In this document: positions 25,940-39,059 of the stretch, piece by piece
Layout: each line of letters starts with the position of its first letter
How positions within the stretch are numbered: the first letter of the stretch is position 1
NCBI RefSeq assembly: GCF_009834535.1
Contig: NC_045705.1
Span: 30,630,001-30,694,000, forward strand
Length of the DNA: 64,000 bases
Source of the DNA: Camelus ferus
Lineage: Eukaryota
Direction: 5' to 3'
Made by a program: the position numbers and the translations under genes
Notes under the pieces: generated by a model
What the model saw: only the letters and a program-made list of their open reading frames with translations
Database searches by the model: none
Told to the model about the DNA's origin: nothing

Positions 25940-28170
25940 TTGATTTCTTTCTTTCTTTCTTTTTTTTAGAATGTGTTTGAAGCTGACATGTTGATGAGTC
26001 TAAAGCGAGTAGATATAGTAATGGGTTAACATTCTTTAAAAACATGGTAGCCACAAATCAAAAACATACAGTTGAGTTACAAAAACCAAAGAGAAGAAAA
26101 CTCAAGCATAATACAAAGATCATCAAACCACAAAAGGAAAAACAATAAGAAAAAAGGAACAAAGAAGAAATACAAAATCAACTGGAAAATAAGATTTAAA
26201 GTGGTAATAAATACATATCTATCAGGAATTACTTTAAGTGTCAAGGAACTAAATGCTGCAATCAAAAGACATAGAATGGCAGGTTGGATAATAAAACAAG
26301 AGCTTACAATATGTTGCCTACAAGAGACCCACTTTAGGGTGAAGGACACACATAGATTGAAAATGAGGGGATGGAAAAAGATATTTCATGCAAATGGAAA
26401 TAGCAAGAAAGCAGGGGTAGCAATGGTCATATCAGACAAAATAGACTTTAAAGCAAAGGCCATAAAGAAAAATAAAGAAGGATATTACATAATGATAAAA
26501 GGATCAATACAAGAAGAGGATATTACAATTGTTAATATATATGCAGCCAATATACAAGCACCTAAATACATAAAGCAAATACTAACAGACATAAAGGAAG
26601 AAACTGATGGTAATACAATAATAGTAGGAGACTTTAACACCCCACTAACATCAGTGGACAGATCTTCCAAACAGAAAATCAAGGCAACAGAGATCCTAAA
26701 TGACACAGTAGAACAGTTAGACTTAGTTGATATTCTCAGGACATTACATCCAAAAAAAACCAAGAATATACGTTCTTTTCAAGTGCACATGGAACATTCT
26801 CTAGGATAGACCATATACTAGGACACAAAACAAGCCTCAAAATTTAAGAGGATAGGAAGTCTCAGCATCTTTTCTGACTGCAGTGGCATGAAACTAGAAA
26901 TCAACCACAGAAAGAGAAATGAGGAAAAAAAAAAAAAACTGACTGCATGGAGACTAAACAACATGCTACTAGATAACCAATGAGTCAATGATGAAATCAA
27001 AGTGGAAATTGAAAAACACCTTGAGACAAATGACAATGAAAACACAACCACACAAAATCTATGGGATGCAGTAGAAGCAATCCTAAGAGGGAAGTTCATA
27101 GTGATACAGGCCTTCCTCAAAAAACTAGAAAGATCTCAAACAACCTAACCTACTGCCTAAAAGAATTAGAAAAAGAAGAATAAAAGAAACCTAAGTCAGC
27201 AGAAGGAAAGTAATAATAAAGATCAGAGAGGAAATAAATAAAACAGATTTTTAAAAATAGAAAAAATCAATAAAACCAAGAGCTGGTGTTTTAAAAGAGT
27301 AAACAAAATTAACAAATCTCTGGCCAGGGTCACAAAGAAGAAAAGAAAAAGGACCCAAATAAACAAAATAAGAAATGAAAGAGGAGAAATAAAAACCAAT
27401 ACCACAGATATACAAAAACTATAAGTGAATACTGTGGACAATTATATGCCAACAAATTGGACAGCCTATAAGAAATGGACAAGTAGTTAAAAACATACAG
27501 TCCACCAAAACCAAATCAAGAAGAAAAAGGTAATTAGAACAGACTGATCACTAGAAGTGAAATAGAATCTGTAATTTTAAAACTCCCTGCAAACAAGAGT
27601 CCACAATCAGATGGCTTCATTGGAGAATTCTACCAAACATATGAGGACGTTATACCAGTCCTTCTCAAACTCTTCCAAAAGACTGAAGAAGAAGGAACAC
27701 TCCCAAACTCATTCTATGAGGTACCATCACCCTGATACCAAAACCAGACAAAGACACTACCAGAAAAGAAAATTACAGGCCAATATCTTTGATGAAAATA
27801 GATGCAAAAATTATCAATAAAATATTAGCAAACTTAATACAATGACACGTAAAAAAGATCATACACCATAATCAAGTTGGATTCATCACAGGGTCACAAG
27901 GATGATTCAACATACGCAAATCAATCAATGTGAAACACTACATCAACAGAAGAAGAGACAAAAATCACATGATCGTCTCAATAGATGCAGAAAAAAATTG
28001 GATAAAATTCAACATCTATTCATAATAAACACTCTTACCAAAATGGGTATAGAGGGAACATATCTCAACATAATAAAGCTATTTATGACAAACCCACAGC
28101 CAGCATGATACTCAAGAGTGAAAAGCTGAAAGCCTGCCCACTAAAATGTGGCGCAAGATGAGGATGCCCA
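25940..28170 (+). mobile_element. Younger L1: inter-ORF spacer plus ORF2 endonuclease through the start of RT, disrupted
   Basis: ORF 26072..26809 contains ICCLQETH, GWKKIFHAN, NIYA and IVGDFNTPL; downstream frameshifted remnants reach the KPTA/GCP region of RT. Confidence 0.95.
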
Positions 28171-28760
28171 TAGAACTCTTTGAAATTGCAATTCTGCTCC
28201 TTGACATATATCCAAAAGAAACGAAAAGAGAGACTTGAGCAGATGCTTGAACACCAAAGTTCATGGCCACATTTTTCACAACAGTCAAAAGGTAGAAATG
28301 ACCCAAGTGTCCATTGACAAATGAATGGATAAACAATATGTGGTATATACATACAATGGAATACTATTCAGCCTTAAAATGGAATGAAATTTGGTGTATG
28401 TCACAACATAGATGGACCTTGAAAACATACTTAGTGAAATAATAGAAACAGGAGGACAAATATTGTATTATTGCACTTAAATGAGGATACCTAGAATAGG
28501 CAAATTCAAAGAGACAGAAATAGAATAGAAGTTACCAGAGTCTGGGAGGAGGGTAGAAGAGGGAGTCATTTTGAAATGGATACAGAGTTTTTGTTGGGGA
28601 TGATGAATAAGTTTCGGGTATTGGTAGTGACGATGATCACATAGGATTGTGAATATGTTTAATGCCACTGAATTGTACACTTACAATCATTAAAATGATA
28701 AATATTGTGAATGGTTAAAATGATAAATATGTTATATATATATCTTACCAGAATAAAAAA
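28171..28760 (+). mobile_element. L1MB-type ORF2 end and 3' UTR
   Basis: cccaagtgtccattgacaaatgaatggataaac...aatgccactgaattgtacactt...aataaaaaa. Confidence 0.85.
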
Positions 28761-29124
28761 GTTTTTCAATTTAAAGAAAGGTAGAATTCAAATTTTAGAA
28801 AAATAATATCAGAAGATGAGAAAAGTGCTAGTAAGTTATTTAAAGTGGATGTTGTTCCTTGGTTTGGAGAGTAATAAAGATAATGTGCAATTTGACATTT
28901 AAAAAAATGTGTAGCTAAATATGTATGTTAAATTTAAGAGAAATACAGGAAGATTACAGATTCTGTCATAGCTTCCAAACTAATGGGGGGGGGGCGCAGA
29001 ATGCTTTTTTAAAACTTTATTAGCACATTGAAAAGTAGGAAAAGGGAAAAAAGTCAAAGAAGAACAGTCACAGAAAACACAAAATAAGATGGCAGAAATT
29101 AATTAAATGTATTAAAAACTTATG

Positions 29125-29365
29125 ATAAATTGGGAGTTCGGGATTTGCAGATACTAACTACTATATATAAAATAGATAAACAACAAGTTTATATTGTATA
29201 ACACAGGGAACTATATTAAATATCTTGTAGTAACCTATAATGAAAAAGAATATGAAAACGAATATATGTATGTAACTGTATGACAGAATTATTGTGTTGT
29301 ATGGCAGAAATTGATACAACATTGTAAACTGACTATACTTCAATAAAAAACAAACAAAAAACAAA
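29125..29365 (+). mobile_element. Young lineage-specific L1 3' end
   Basis: gatttgcagatactaactact...cagggaactatatt...gactatacttcaataaaaaacaaacaaaaaac. Confidence 0.85.
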
Positions 29366-30082
29366 CTCACTCACTAAAATACAGAGAATGTTAAGATTGG
29401 GTAAAAAACAAAATCCAGCTATGTACTACTCAAGAGAAATATCTAAAACAAAATTATCCAAAAAGATTGAAATTAAAAGCATAGAAAAAGTTACGTCAGG
29501 CAAATTACTAATCAAAAAAAGCTGGTTTTGCCGTATTACAATACTAGTATCAGACCACAGTCCTGGACTTTTAAAAAGATGGTAAAATACATAGACTTTC
29601 ATATCACTAGTATGGCTAACTGTGAATACAAATTCTGGTACTTTCTACGTGGCTTTACTTATCTTTTTTTTTTTTATCTTTCTAAATCAACTACCACACA
29701 CATTTATGGAGCAGTATCTACTATGAGTTAGGTAACAGAGGCAAAGACAAGTACAATCTAATTGCTTACTGTAGAGTCCAGTAGAGAAAATGGATCCCAG
29801 TAACTTTAAAACAAGGCAGCAAATTGTGAGTACCATTAGAGAGTTATAACTGAGGTATGATGGGAATTAGCCATGGCAGGTGGAATCAGGAAAAGACTGC
29901 ATACAAAACTTGGTATTTGAGATGGTCCTAAAAGACTGGATAGAATTTTACGAGATGGAGGGAGGAAAAAGATATTTCAGAGTGAAGAGAAGTAGTACAG
30001 CTTTGAGCAACATTGTGTTTTCTGCTTTTTCTTTACAGCTATCATATGTAAAAGAATTTCACTGATTATGTTAAGATCATCT

Positions 30083-30146
30083 GCTGAAACATTATGTTGT
30101 ACACCAAAAATTGACACATTGAAACTGACTATAATTTTTTTTAAAA
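30083..30146 (+). mobile_element. Very short (64 bp) L1 3'-terminal insertion
   Basis: TSD aagatcatct at 30073-30082 and 30147-30156; TT/AAGA endonuclease-type site. Confidence 0.8.
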
Positions 30147-30164
30147 AAGATCATCTATTAACTT

Positions 30165-30546
30165 TTTTAAAACATTTTTTGAGTTATAGTCATTTTACAA
30201 TGTTGTGTCAAATTCCAGTGTAGAGCACAATTTTTCAGTTATACATAAACATACATATATTCATTGTCGCTTTTTTTTTTGCTGTGAGCTACCACAAGAT
30301 CTTGTATATATTTCCCTGTGCTATACAGTATAATCTTATTTATCTGTAATACATATGCTTGTCAGTATCTACAAATTTTGAAATCCCATTCTGTCCCTTC
30401 CCATCCCCTGCCCCCTTGGCAACCACAAGTTTGTATTCTATGTCTATGAGTCTGTTTCTGTTTTGTATTTATGTTCTTTTTTTTTTTTTTTTTTTTGATT
30501 CCACGTAAGAGCGATCTCATGGTATTTTTCTTTCTCTTTCTGGCTT
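30165..30546 (-). mobile_element. Young lineage-specific L1 3' end
   Basis: tttacaatgttgtgtcaaattcc...ggcaaccacaagtttgtattctatgtctatgagtctgtttctg. Confidence 0.85.
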
Positions 30547-32366
30547 TGTGATTATGGTCTCCATACTGATCAGCTGCCACCCTAATCAAACATTTCTAAT
30601 TATTTTTATTTTTAATTAAATGTGAATTTCATTGGTATGAATTATCTGAAGGCAGTAGTGTAAATACAATTATAAATCTTTTTGTATTCAATATTATATG
30701 CCTATCAGTTTGTTGTATAAAATTCCTATTTTATAAATTCTTGTGTATATTCTTACTTATCTGTACAATAAAGCTCAGCTCAATTCTTTGATGCATAAAT
30801 CATTCCCCAGTTTAAAAAAAGATATTTTTTCAAAGCTACACTAAAGATATAATTTCACCAGTATTAGTTCCTTTATAGCCTAGACTGTGACCTAGACATC
30901 AGCTTTTTTCCCTTGAGGGTATGAAGCACACTTTGGGACTAATTCTTTGCTGGGTTGCTTCATAAATTTAGGCTAGAGTGGTATCATTTTAGACTTCATT
31001 TGCTAGAAATGTGACCTACTCCATTTACCTGTAACAGGCCATTTGCTTTATTTTTCATTTTCTTTAAGACAACAGCATTGCAAATTGCATGATTAGGTTA
31101 ACCCTTTTTAAAAAAATCTCTCTTCTGACCTAACTCTTTGCCAGATGTTGTCCTCATACTTCCTCACAGTATCTTAGAAGTGGATTCCTTTGCTAGTTTT
31201 CCATGGGGGAAGAAAGGTATATAATTTGTTTTTTCATACGGCCTTGTTAATAGTAACAGGAAGAGGCTAATTTTATCCTAAGTGATAATATACTCTATGT
31301 TAAAGGACAGCTAGACACTTCCCTCTGAACTTGGTCAGGGAAAAGGAAAACGGATTAGATGGCATCTTAAATTTTTTTGTATTTAGTTCAGAGATTCAGA
31401 ATTTTTCCCTCTTTAAATGGTAAACAAATGAAAAGTGGCATTTGGAATTACCACTATCCCTCTATTGCTTGATATCTTCAGTTTAATGTCTGCTTCTCTA
31501 CAAAGATTAACATATTTTCCACTCATGATTTGCTTGTCAGGGACTTCAGGAGTTTTCTGGAACCAGAAATCTGCCTTTGGTGGTGATGATTACTGGATAA
31601 TTGCCTGTTCTTTGGTGGATTTTCCATTTTTAGGTTACGCCAGGCTTTGCAGCCTTTATTTCTTTGGCAGAAGCACCCAAAGGCAATGGAGTAGATTTTT
31701 TCCCCTTCCCTGGCCCAGCTTAAACAATGACTCACTTGGACCCTCGGGCTTTGCTTCATACTCTCATTCAGGGACCACTGTCTACTCTCATTTTTCTTAT
31801 TTGCCTTTAGTGTCTGTCTGGAACCTTTTATATCCTTTGGCACATGGATTTTCCTCTAAGGTTACTGTCAGAGAGGTATACAATACTTCCCCCAAACTGA
31901 GACAGACAATCCAATTATGTCCCCATAAGCCATGTTGTTCTTTAAGCCATCTAATATAGGTCAGAGAAAATACAAAAAAAGAATATAATTAAGGAAACAT
32001 GATTCCAAATGGGGTAGGGGGAGAAGTAGTCTCCAGAAAGGTGAGTGCCAGTGTCATCCAGCTAAAGACTGAAAGATATCCCTCTATATGAGATGCTCTA
32101 GTGACTGATTAAAACTTCCTCAGTATATTTATGTGGGAGGTGGGAAGCCCTCAGATGAACTGGACTCCCAAGTTTTCAAAGGAATATGGTTATGCAAAGA
32201 GACTTCCTCATAGAAGGACATGGTCTAATCTATAGTTCAGAGTTTTGTTGGAGAAAAAACAATTTTCCTTCTTTTGGGCAGTGTTTCTATATATTCTTGA
32301 TTCTTCATTCTATTTCCAGCCTTCTGTAACTACTTAATGACGATCTCTTGACTTTTCTCTTTGCAG

Positions 32367-32497
32367 TTTTAACAGTGTATGTCAGGGAACTCACATTCTC
32401 TTTCGGGAATTCAGCTTCATCCAAGCCACCCCTCACAACAGAGCATCATTCTTACGGGCCTTCTGGAGATGCTTCCGAACCGTGGGCAAAAATGGTG
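32367..32497 (+). CDS. CSTPP1: Internal coding exon (131 nt, probably exon 3) of CSTPP1/C11orf49, centriolar satellite-associated tubulin polyglutamylase complex regulator 1
   Basis: Polypyrimidine tract and acceptor (acttttctctttgcag|) end at 32366; donor G|gtaagt starts at 32498. After one carried-over base the exon reads FNSVCQGTHILFREFSFIQATPHNRASFLRAFWRCFRTVGKNG plus 1 nt, matching my recollection of human C11orf49 (...TEYFNSVCQGTHILFREFSF...RAFWRCFRTVGKNGDLL...). The ORF-track entry 32348..32566 is a different, incorrect frame. Confidence 0.95.
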
Positions 32498-34724
32498 GTA
32501 AGTCTTCCCAAATTCTGTTCTTGCCTTCGTTTATTCCTTGCAAATTTCTTTGTTTTGCTCCTATAACTACTGTCTGAATGCATGCTACTCAAGGCTCTAG
32601 GAGCACCTTATTTTTAAGGATCTGTCTTGTGTCGGAGATACTACCAGCACTATCACTATCACCATCACTTAAGACCCAAGTGTATCTCTGAGCACATTAG
32701 CTGCAGTAATTCATTTAATCTTCACATCTCTTTGTGGTAGATACTATAATTCCCATTTTATAACAAATGAAACTGAAGATCAGTTTGCATATTTTAATTC
32801 ATCAATTTAATATTATAATCCAAGGATAATATTAAGAAAAACACTGATCAAAAATGTCTTTATTGAGACTTTATTTTGGCGAAGTGAAAGCTGAAATACC
32901 CCTATTTCCTCATTCATTCAACAAATATTTCTGGTATACTTACTCTGTGCCTGACGCTGGGGTTATAGTAATTGAGCAGATACGCTCCCTGCTTTCATTG
33001 AATTTACGAGATCCCCTCCCCTGCTCTAATTGATTCTACTGCTACTACTGAAACCTTTTTGCTGTAACTCCTTCTACCTACTTTCTTATTAGATCATTTC
33101 ACTACCCTAAGAAATAGATGAAATAGATAAGGCAGGTATTATTGCGCCCATTCTATAAATAATGAAATTATGTAACTTGCAGAAGGATTGCACAGTGGAT
33201 TAGTAGCAAGGTTGGAAATAGAACCCAGATTTACTAATATGCTAATATGCTATTTCTACTATTGACATGTAACTCTAGAGATCATCAATCTTGATTACAC
33301 TATTGTGCAGTAAGTACTTAGTGTACTGAGAACAGCATCATCTTCTTTACAAAATGTATGACTAGTAGGCGAAAATCAGTGTGAACTCAGTTTTAAGTGA
33401 ACTAGCTCAGTGAAACTATCTCATTGGTCTCTGCATGAACAAAGTTGGAAACAGTGAGTGCATAGGTGAATTTTGTACTGGTTCAGCAGAACCTGTCTTT
33501 CCTAATCCTTTCTCTGCCCCTTAATCAGCAATTATTTATTGAATACTCAGTATATTGAAGAATGGTTCATATTGCTTGAGCTGGTTTCTGTGAAATAGCC
33601 ATGGGGATAACTATGGGAAACAGTCTTCAGATATCCTTAATTATCTTCCTGATTTCGAAGTGGGGTCTCTTCAGTAATATATTTACTATCACAAGGAATC
33701 TATATAGCAGTGGACTCTAAGCAGATGTGGTTTTCTTTATCTTTCTTATGGCAGCTGCCAATGATTCACCCAGCTGCTTAGAGGAAGCAGCTACAAGTTC
33801 TCCCTGTTTCTCCTGTGCCACAAACAAGAGCTAGATTTTATGCTGGATACTTACTGTCATGCTTCTTAATCTGTCTCTGATTTCTTACAGACCAAATGCA
33901 ACATTTCTGTCTAGGTGATCCTCAAATCTTTGGTTAAATAGTTGTAAATATATTCTCCATTTTTTCAGGAAACTTTAGAACATCTTTCAGTCCCAGAATG
34001 TGTCAGTCCCCAATTTTAATCCAGAATGAGCAAAACCACTCAGAGGCAAGATTCCAAAGGAAACCATTTATTGAGTCCCATTTTTTCAATTAGAATGCCA
34101 AGTACCAGGCTCCTCCTCAGTGGAGCTGCTATTATTGTTCTTCTGCAGATAACTTCCTTAGAACATCACATACATATTTTAGCATTACCAAGAGGAAACT
34201 AACCCTTTTGGGAGTTAGCAAAAGAAGAGTAGAGTTCCAGCATAACGTATCTAAAAGTGAAGCCACCTGTAGAAAACTAAGGACCTGATCCCTTCTGGCA
34301 AGAAATATTTATCCCAGTTTTTAGCAAGTACAGAGATGCAATGTCATTTCTGCATGACTGAGTATTGAATGATGCTGATTTCCCTATTTCTGAATTTCAA
34401 ATAACCTCGTGAGGACTATAATGAACCTCTTGCTATCTAGACAACTTAAGACTCTTGGAAGCAAAAAGATCTATTCAAATGTAATAAGTCTTTAAAATTC
34501 ACCTTCTCAGTTTGGTATTTCTTTCAAAACAGAAAGATTAATCTAAATTTTCCGAGTCTGGCAAAGATTAAAATTTCCTTGTAAATCTTTACTTCTATTT
34601 AGGGATATTGGCTCAAAAGAGCTTTTGTCCACAGTTTATTTTCACAGTTTGTGAGAATTTAGTTTTGAGCTTTGTGATTTTACCAGTGAACATATACATT
34701 TCATTTAATAAAATGATGGGTATT

Positions 34725-35555
34725 TCTCCTGTCCATGAAGAAGTACCTACTAAGGGAATTGTCGTGCTAGCAACAACTAGAAAATCGACAAAGTATCTGA
34801 AACGACTGTTTCAGACATTGGCCAACAAGCAATGTGGAGCTGTGGTCCCTGGGAGGTAGTTGCCTAGTGACAGGGAGATCATCAAAGAGCCTGGAGGTCT
34901 TACTGAGTTGAGGAGGCAAAGCCGGGGGTTCAGGAAGCCAAGGTGGCCAGAATCTACAGGGCTAAGTACCAGAGAGGAGGGTGTTGCTCAGTTAGCTTCA
35001 GAGAGCTGCAAAGAGGTATTTGAGTCTTTGGCTACAAACCCTGCACATGTGTGGGTTGGAAAAAGAACCACCAGAAAATAGTAGGCCAAACAATTCCTGG
35101 AGTATGCACAGGACTAGTTCACACTTCTTCCAGCTGGAGTGGAGAAATCTCAAAATCACAGGGCATTGGATAGAGCCCTCAGCAGCTTAAGCATTAGACT
35201 GAGCTGCAAATTACTGCATACCAGAACAAAATTCAAAACTCCATAAAGGAATTCAACAAAATCCAGCACTCAACAACATAAAATTCATGAAGTCTGGCAT
35301 CCAATTAAAAACTAGAGGAAGCAAGAAGATATGACCTATAACCAGAAAGAAAATCAATCAATAGCAACACAGACTCAGAAATGACAGAGATGAGGGAATT
35401 AGCTAACAAGTACCTTTAAACAGTTATTTTAAGTCATAAAAATATGCTCAAGTATGTAAAGGAAAACATGAATATGATTAAGAGATAAATGGAAGATATT
35501 AGAAAGGTTCAAATAGAATTTCTAGACATAAAATACAATATCAGAAATGAAAATC
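34725..35555 (+). mobile_element. Old L1M 5'UTR/ORF1 fragment
   Basis: gtctggcatccaattaaaaact...aaatcaatcaatag...cagaaatgacagagatg. Confidence 0.7.
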
Positions 35556-35559
35556 ATGA

Positions 35560-37910
35560 TAATAATAGTTAATATTTATTAAAGTGCTTCCTGTATAGAT
35601 TATCTCATTTTTCTTCACAACAATCCTACGTGTTAGGTAGATACTATTATTATCTCCTTTGCACAGAAAGTGCAACTGAGATTTAAAAAGTTAAATCTAG
35701 GTCACACACCTAGTAAGTGAAAAAGCCAGTGCCAAAGAAGCCAGAGAGCTGACTAGAGACAGCGTTATGTTTTTAATGTGTATCAGAGAGTGTGTAAGAT
35801 GCTGGAAATACAGATAAGTAAATGCCAGTGCTTGCTCTCAAGGAGCTCACATTCCAAGGGAAGAAACAGAGTAGCCTGGAAGTAGTTTCCATAGAGTATA
35901 AGTGATTAGTAAAGCCCTGTGTAAGAGTCAGCGATAGCACAAGGAAAGAAATTGTTCTTCCTGCAGAAGCTGGAGAAGGCTGTAAAGAAGTAAAGGTAAT
36001 TAGGATGGATCTTGGAGCAGCAGAGAGCTGTCAAGCAAAGAAGGAGTACATTCTAAAAAGAAAAAAAACGTTTTTGAAAGTATAATGACATGAAACAACA
36101 TGGTGCCTTTGGGAAATGATGAGAAGAGGCAACAGAAAGTGTGCCAGCCACTGAGCAAAATACTATACATGTATTCATTCACTTAATCCACACAACAAAC
36201 GTGAGTTGGTATGATTATTATCCTGTTTTATTATGTAAAGAAACTGAGAAGTCAAATGACTGGCACAAGGCCATATAATTTATAAGTAGCACAGCTCACA
36301 TTCAAGCTGAAGTCTTCACACAGGCCACATTCTTAACAACTGCTGGACTGACTGAACATGTGTATCCCAGGTAAGGAAGGGCTCTGTGTGCTCTAGAGTT
36401 TATGCTTTCTCCCAAAGTCAGTAGAACCTTATCAATTTGTGTGACACTGGCAAAACATGGGAAAACAGAATGGAAGGCAGGTATTTAAGACCAAACCAGA
36501 GACTAGATGGGAGACACTTGCCATCAAACGGGAAGCAGCTGTGGAGATGCAGAGCTATTTAAGGAGTTGATTTGACAGGACTTGCCGATTGATTGGCTGT
36601 AGAGTGTGGGAGAGAAGAGTCAAAAATGAATGCCAGAAGTGAAAATATTGCCAATTTCATCACTCCCTTCCTTTTTTCCTTTCCTTTCACCGTTTATGTT
36701 TTACTCTGAATTTACTGCGATTTTTGTCTTCATAGTCTAGGCATATTCTTTCATTCAATAAACAGTTACATCTCAGTTGCTGATGATAAAGCAGTGAGTG
36801 GGCTAGAGAGAAATCCTTGCTCTCCTGGCGTTTGTGCTCTGATAACCAGAGACTGGGGGAAAAAAAATCCCTGCTTTATAAAGGAGTTCACATTCTAGGG
36901 AATCAGGGCATTCCAGTGGGTCTGTATGATCATATGATAAAAACCTGCTACTTTTGTTTCTAAAATATCAAATGCTATGATGAGTGAAATGATCTCAGGG
37001 AAAATGCAGACATGCTAGGCTGAAATAAAGCTTTTGGTCTGACGTCTCTGTGTCATTATCTCAAACTTCCACTTGATTTTGCTGGTCACTAATCCTCATC
37101 CTCACCACTAAAAACCATTCTGTGAGGATTGATGGGGTTTACCTTAGGAGTGGAGTGGCTGTCATGTTTGAAATATTAAAGTGCATTTGTTTCTTTTGTA
37201 ACTTTTTTTAAACAAACAAAAATCCTTCCCGGCGATCTCGTCACTCCTGAGGTCTCCCTGAGCCGGGTCGGGCCACTTGCTCCCACTGGGGCACCACCTC
37301 TCATCATTTTCCCCAGAAACCTGATGTGGCCAATAAGTAACTTCTTCAACCTCCAGTTCCTGTTTCCTAGCTCCCATTTTACTTATTCCTCCTCTACTCT
37401 AACTTCTCTAATTTTCCCTTCCTTTTTCATTTTTACTTCCTTCTTCAGAATCTTTTCTCCAGGGAGAATGTTGACAATTCATGTCCTCTCAAATCCATCA
37501 CCTCTCTACCTCCAAAAACTTTAATCTTTCCCTCTGTTTAATTTTCCCTTCTTTCTATTTCAGTTATTTGGGGCTGTCACACATGTCACACAAGCATTCC
37601 TGGAATGCTTTTGTCACCACCTCCTCACCCTCCATACATAACACCCGTAGGTTGCTGACCTCTCTTTTTCCTTTTGGGTCTTAGTTTAAAGGTCAGCTCC
37701 TTCAAGGGGCTTCTCTATGACCCTTCCTCATCTGAATTAGAGCCCTTCATAACTGTTTTTCAAATCATCCTGTGAGTTTTAGTTATCATTTATTACAGTT
37801 TCTAAGTATTTTTTGGATGACTGTTAATGTCCATCTCCCTTATTAAATGGTAAGCTTTATGAGGGCAAGAACCTTGTTTTGCCACTAACCATTCCTAACA
37901 CCTAATATAT
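35560..37910. mobile_element. Interleaved MIR and L2 fragments
   Basis: MIR cores at about 35560-35730 and 36170-36340; L2-like ctctcaaggagctcacattc, and L2 3' part gtaagctttatgagggcaaga at about 37850. Confidence 0.55.
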
Positions 37911-38221
37911 GTAAACAATTTCTTTTTTGTTATTTAATATGCAGGCTCACCATTTCCCAGTCACAACACAGAGGATATATTATTGAATGGATTATAGTAT
38001 CATCTTCTATTAGAGAGTAGGATTGGTTTTGTAAATCAGCTTTACACCAACTTTTCAATATTGTGTAAGAGCCTTGATCTAAAAATAATAGCTACCACTT
38101 ATTGACCACTTGCTATATTCAAGGCACTAAACGTCATGCTCCAGGTGCCCTACTAAAAACTGGCCCATTCAAAGCTATACTATTTTAAATGTTTATTATG
38201 AAGTTTACCTGAAATCAATTT

Positions 38222-38378
38222 CTTTTTTTTTTTAATGTTTTCTTTTTTTTTTTTGCAGAGGGGAGGTAATTAGGTTTATTTATTTATTTATTTGATTTTT
38301 CAGTGGAGGTACTGGGGATCGAACTCAGGACCCCAGGCACGCTAGGCATGCAGGCTACCACTTGAGCTGGTGACACCT
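38222..38378 (-). mobile_element. tRNA-derived camelid SINE
   Basis: Poly-T, ggggaggtaattaggtttattt, ggaggtactggggatcgaactcaggacc...ccacttgagct. Confidence 0.85.
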
Positions 38379-38534
38379 AATTAAAATAATATTCAGTACC
38401 CACTGTTGCTTCTCAACCAGGATTAGAAGGATTTAGATTATGATCTGTATGTAAACTTTAAACACTGGTGAAGAACTGATGAGTTCCTTTCCTTTCCTTC
38501 TTTTGTGTTCCGGTCCAGCCTTTTTGCTGTGAAA

Positions 38535-38860
38535 GAGATCACAAACCTGTGGTCAGCTGACCACACATGCCTTGGCCTGCAGATATATTTTCTTTGGTTT
38601 GCAGTATTAAAACTATATTTTTTAAATTAGATGCCAACATTTAACATAAAAATCTCAATTCAACTTCACTTACAAATGGAAAATCCTTCCAATCCCATGA
38701 CCACATTCCAACAGGGAGACAGTTCGCCAGGGCGGAGATGCAGCTGCTCCCTTTAGACAGGGCACGTAGCCTCAGATTTACCACCATCCCCAGCTGCCTG
38801 GCTTCACCTGCTTACGTTTCCTGCCTGGCCTCTGGAGGCATTTGAGTTTGCTATCATTGC
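38535..38860. mobile_element. MER102-like hAT element
   Basis: cacaaacctgtggtc...ttggcctgcagat...ggcatttgagtttgc. Confidence 0.65.
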
Positions 38861-39059
38861 TAGAACTTCTTGGTCCATTTATAATCACTTGAAAGGTAGA
38901 GTTACACTCAATTCAGAACAAGGAGTCAGGATCTCATTCTTCAACTAGATTCTCTTTCTCTTTTCTCTGTGTTATCATGCTGTCTCAAAAATTTTTATAA
39001 TTAGAAGGGACCTTAGAAGTCATCTCATCTTGAAACCAATTCTAGGTGTTTTTTAATAT

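Noticed and set aside
26072..26809. 245-aa ORF as a functional or domesticated endonuclease
   Set aside because: It is L1 ORF2 EN. The start codon is lost (gtg), the conserved TLNVNG motif reads TLSVKE, a frameshift precedes the RIDH motif, and SDH reads SDC.
31435..31959. 174-aa ORF just upstream of the exon
   Set aside because: GTG start, no recognisable domain, no clear exon boundaries; consistent with a chance ORF.
32348..32566. 72-aa ORF from the track
   Set aside because: It is an alternative frame across the real CSTPP1 exon and runs through both splice sites.
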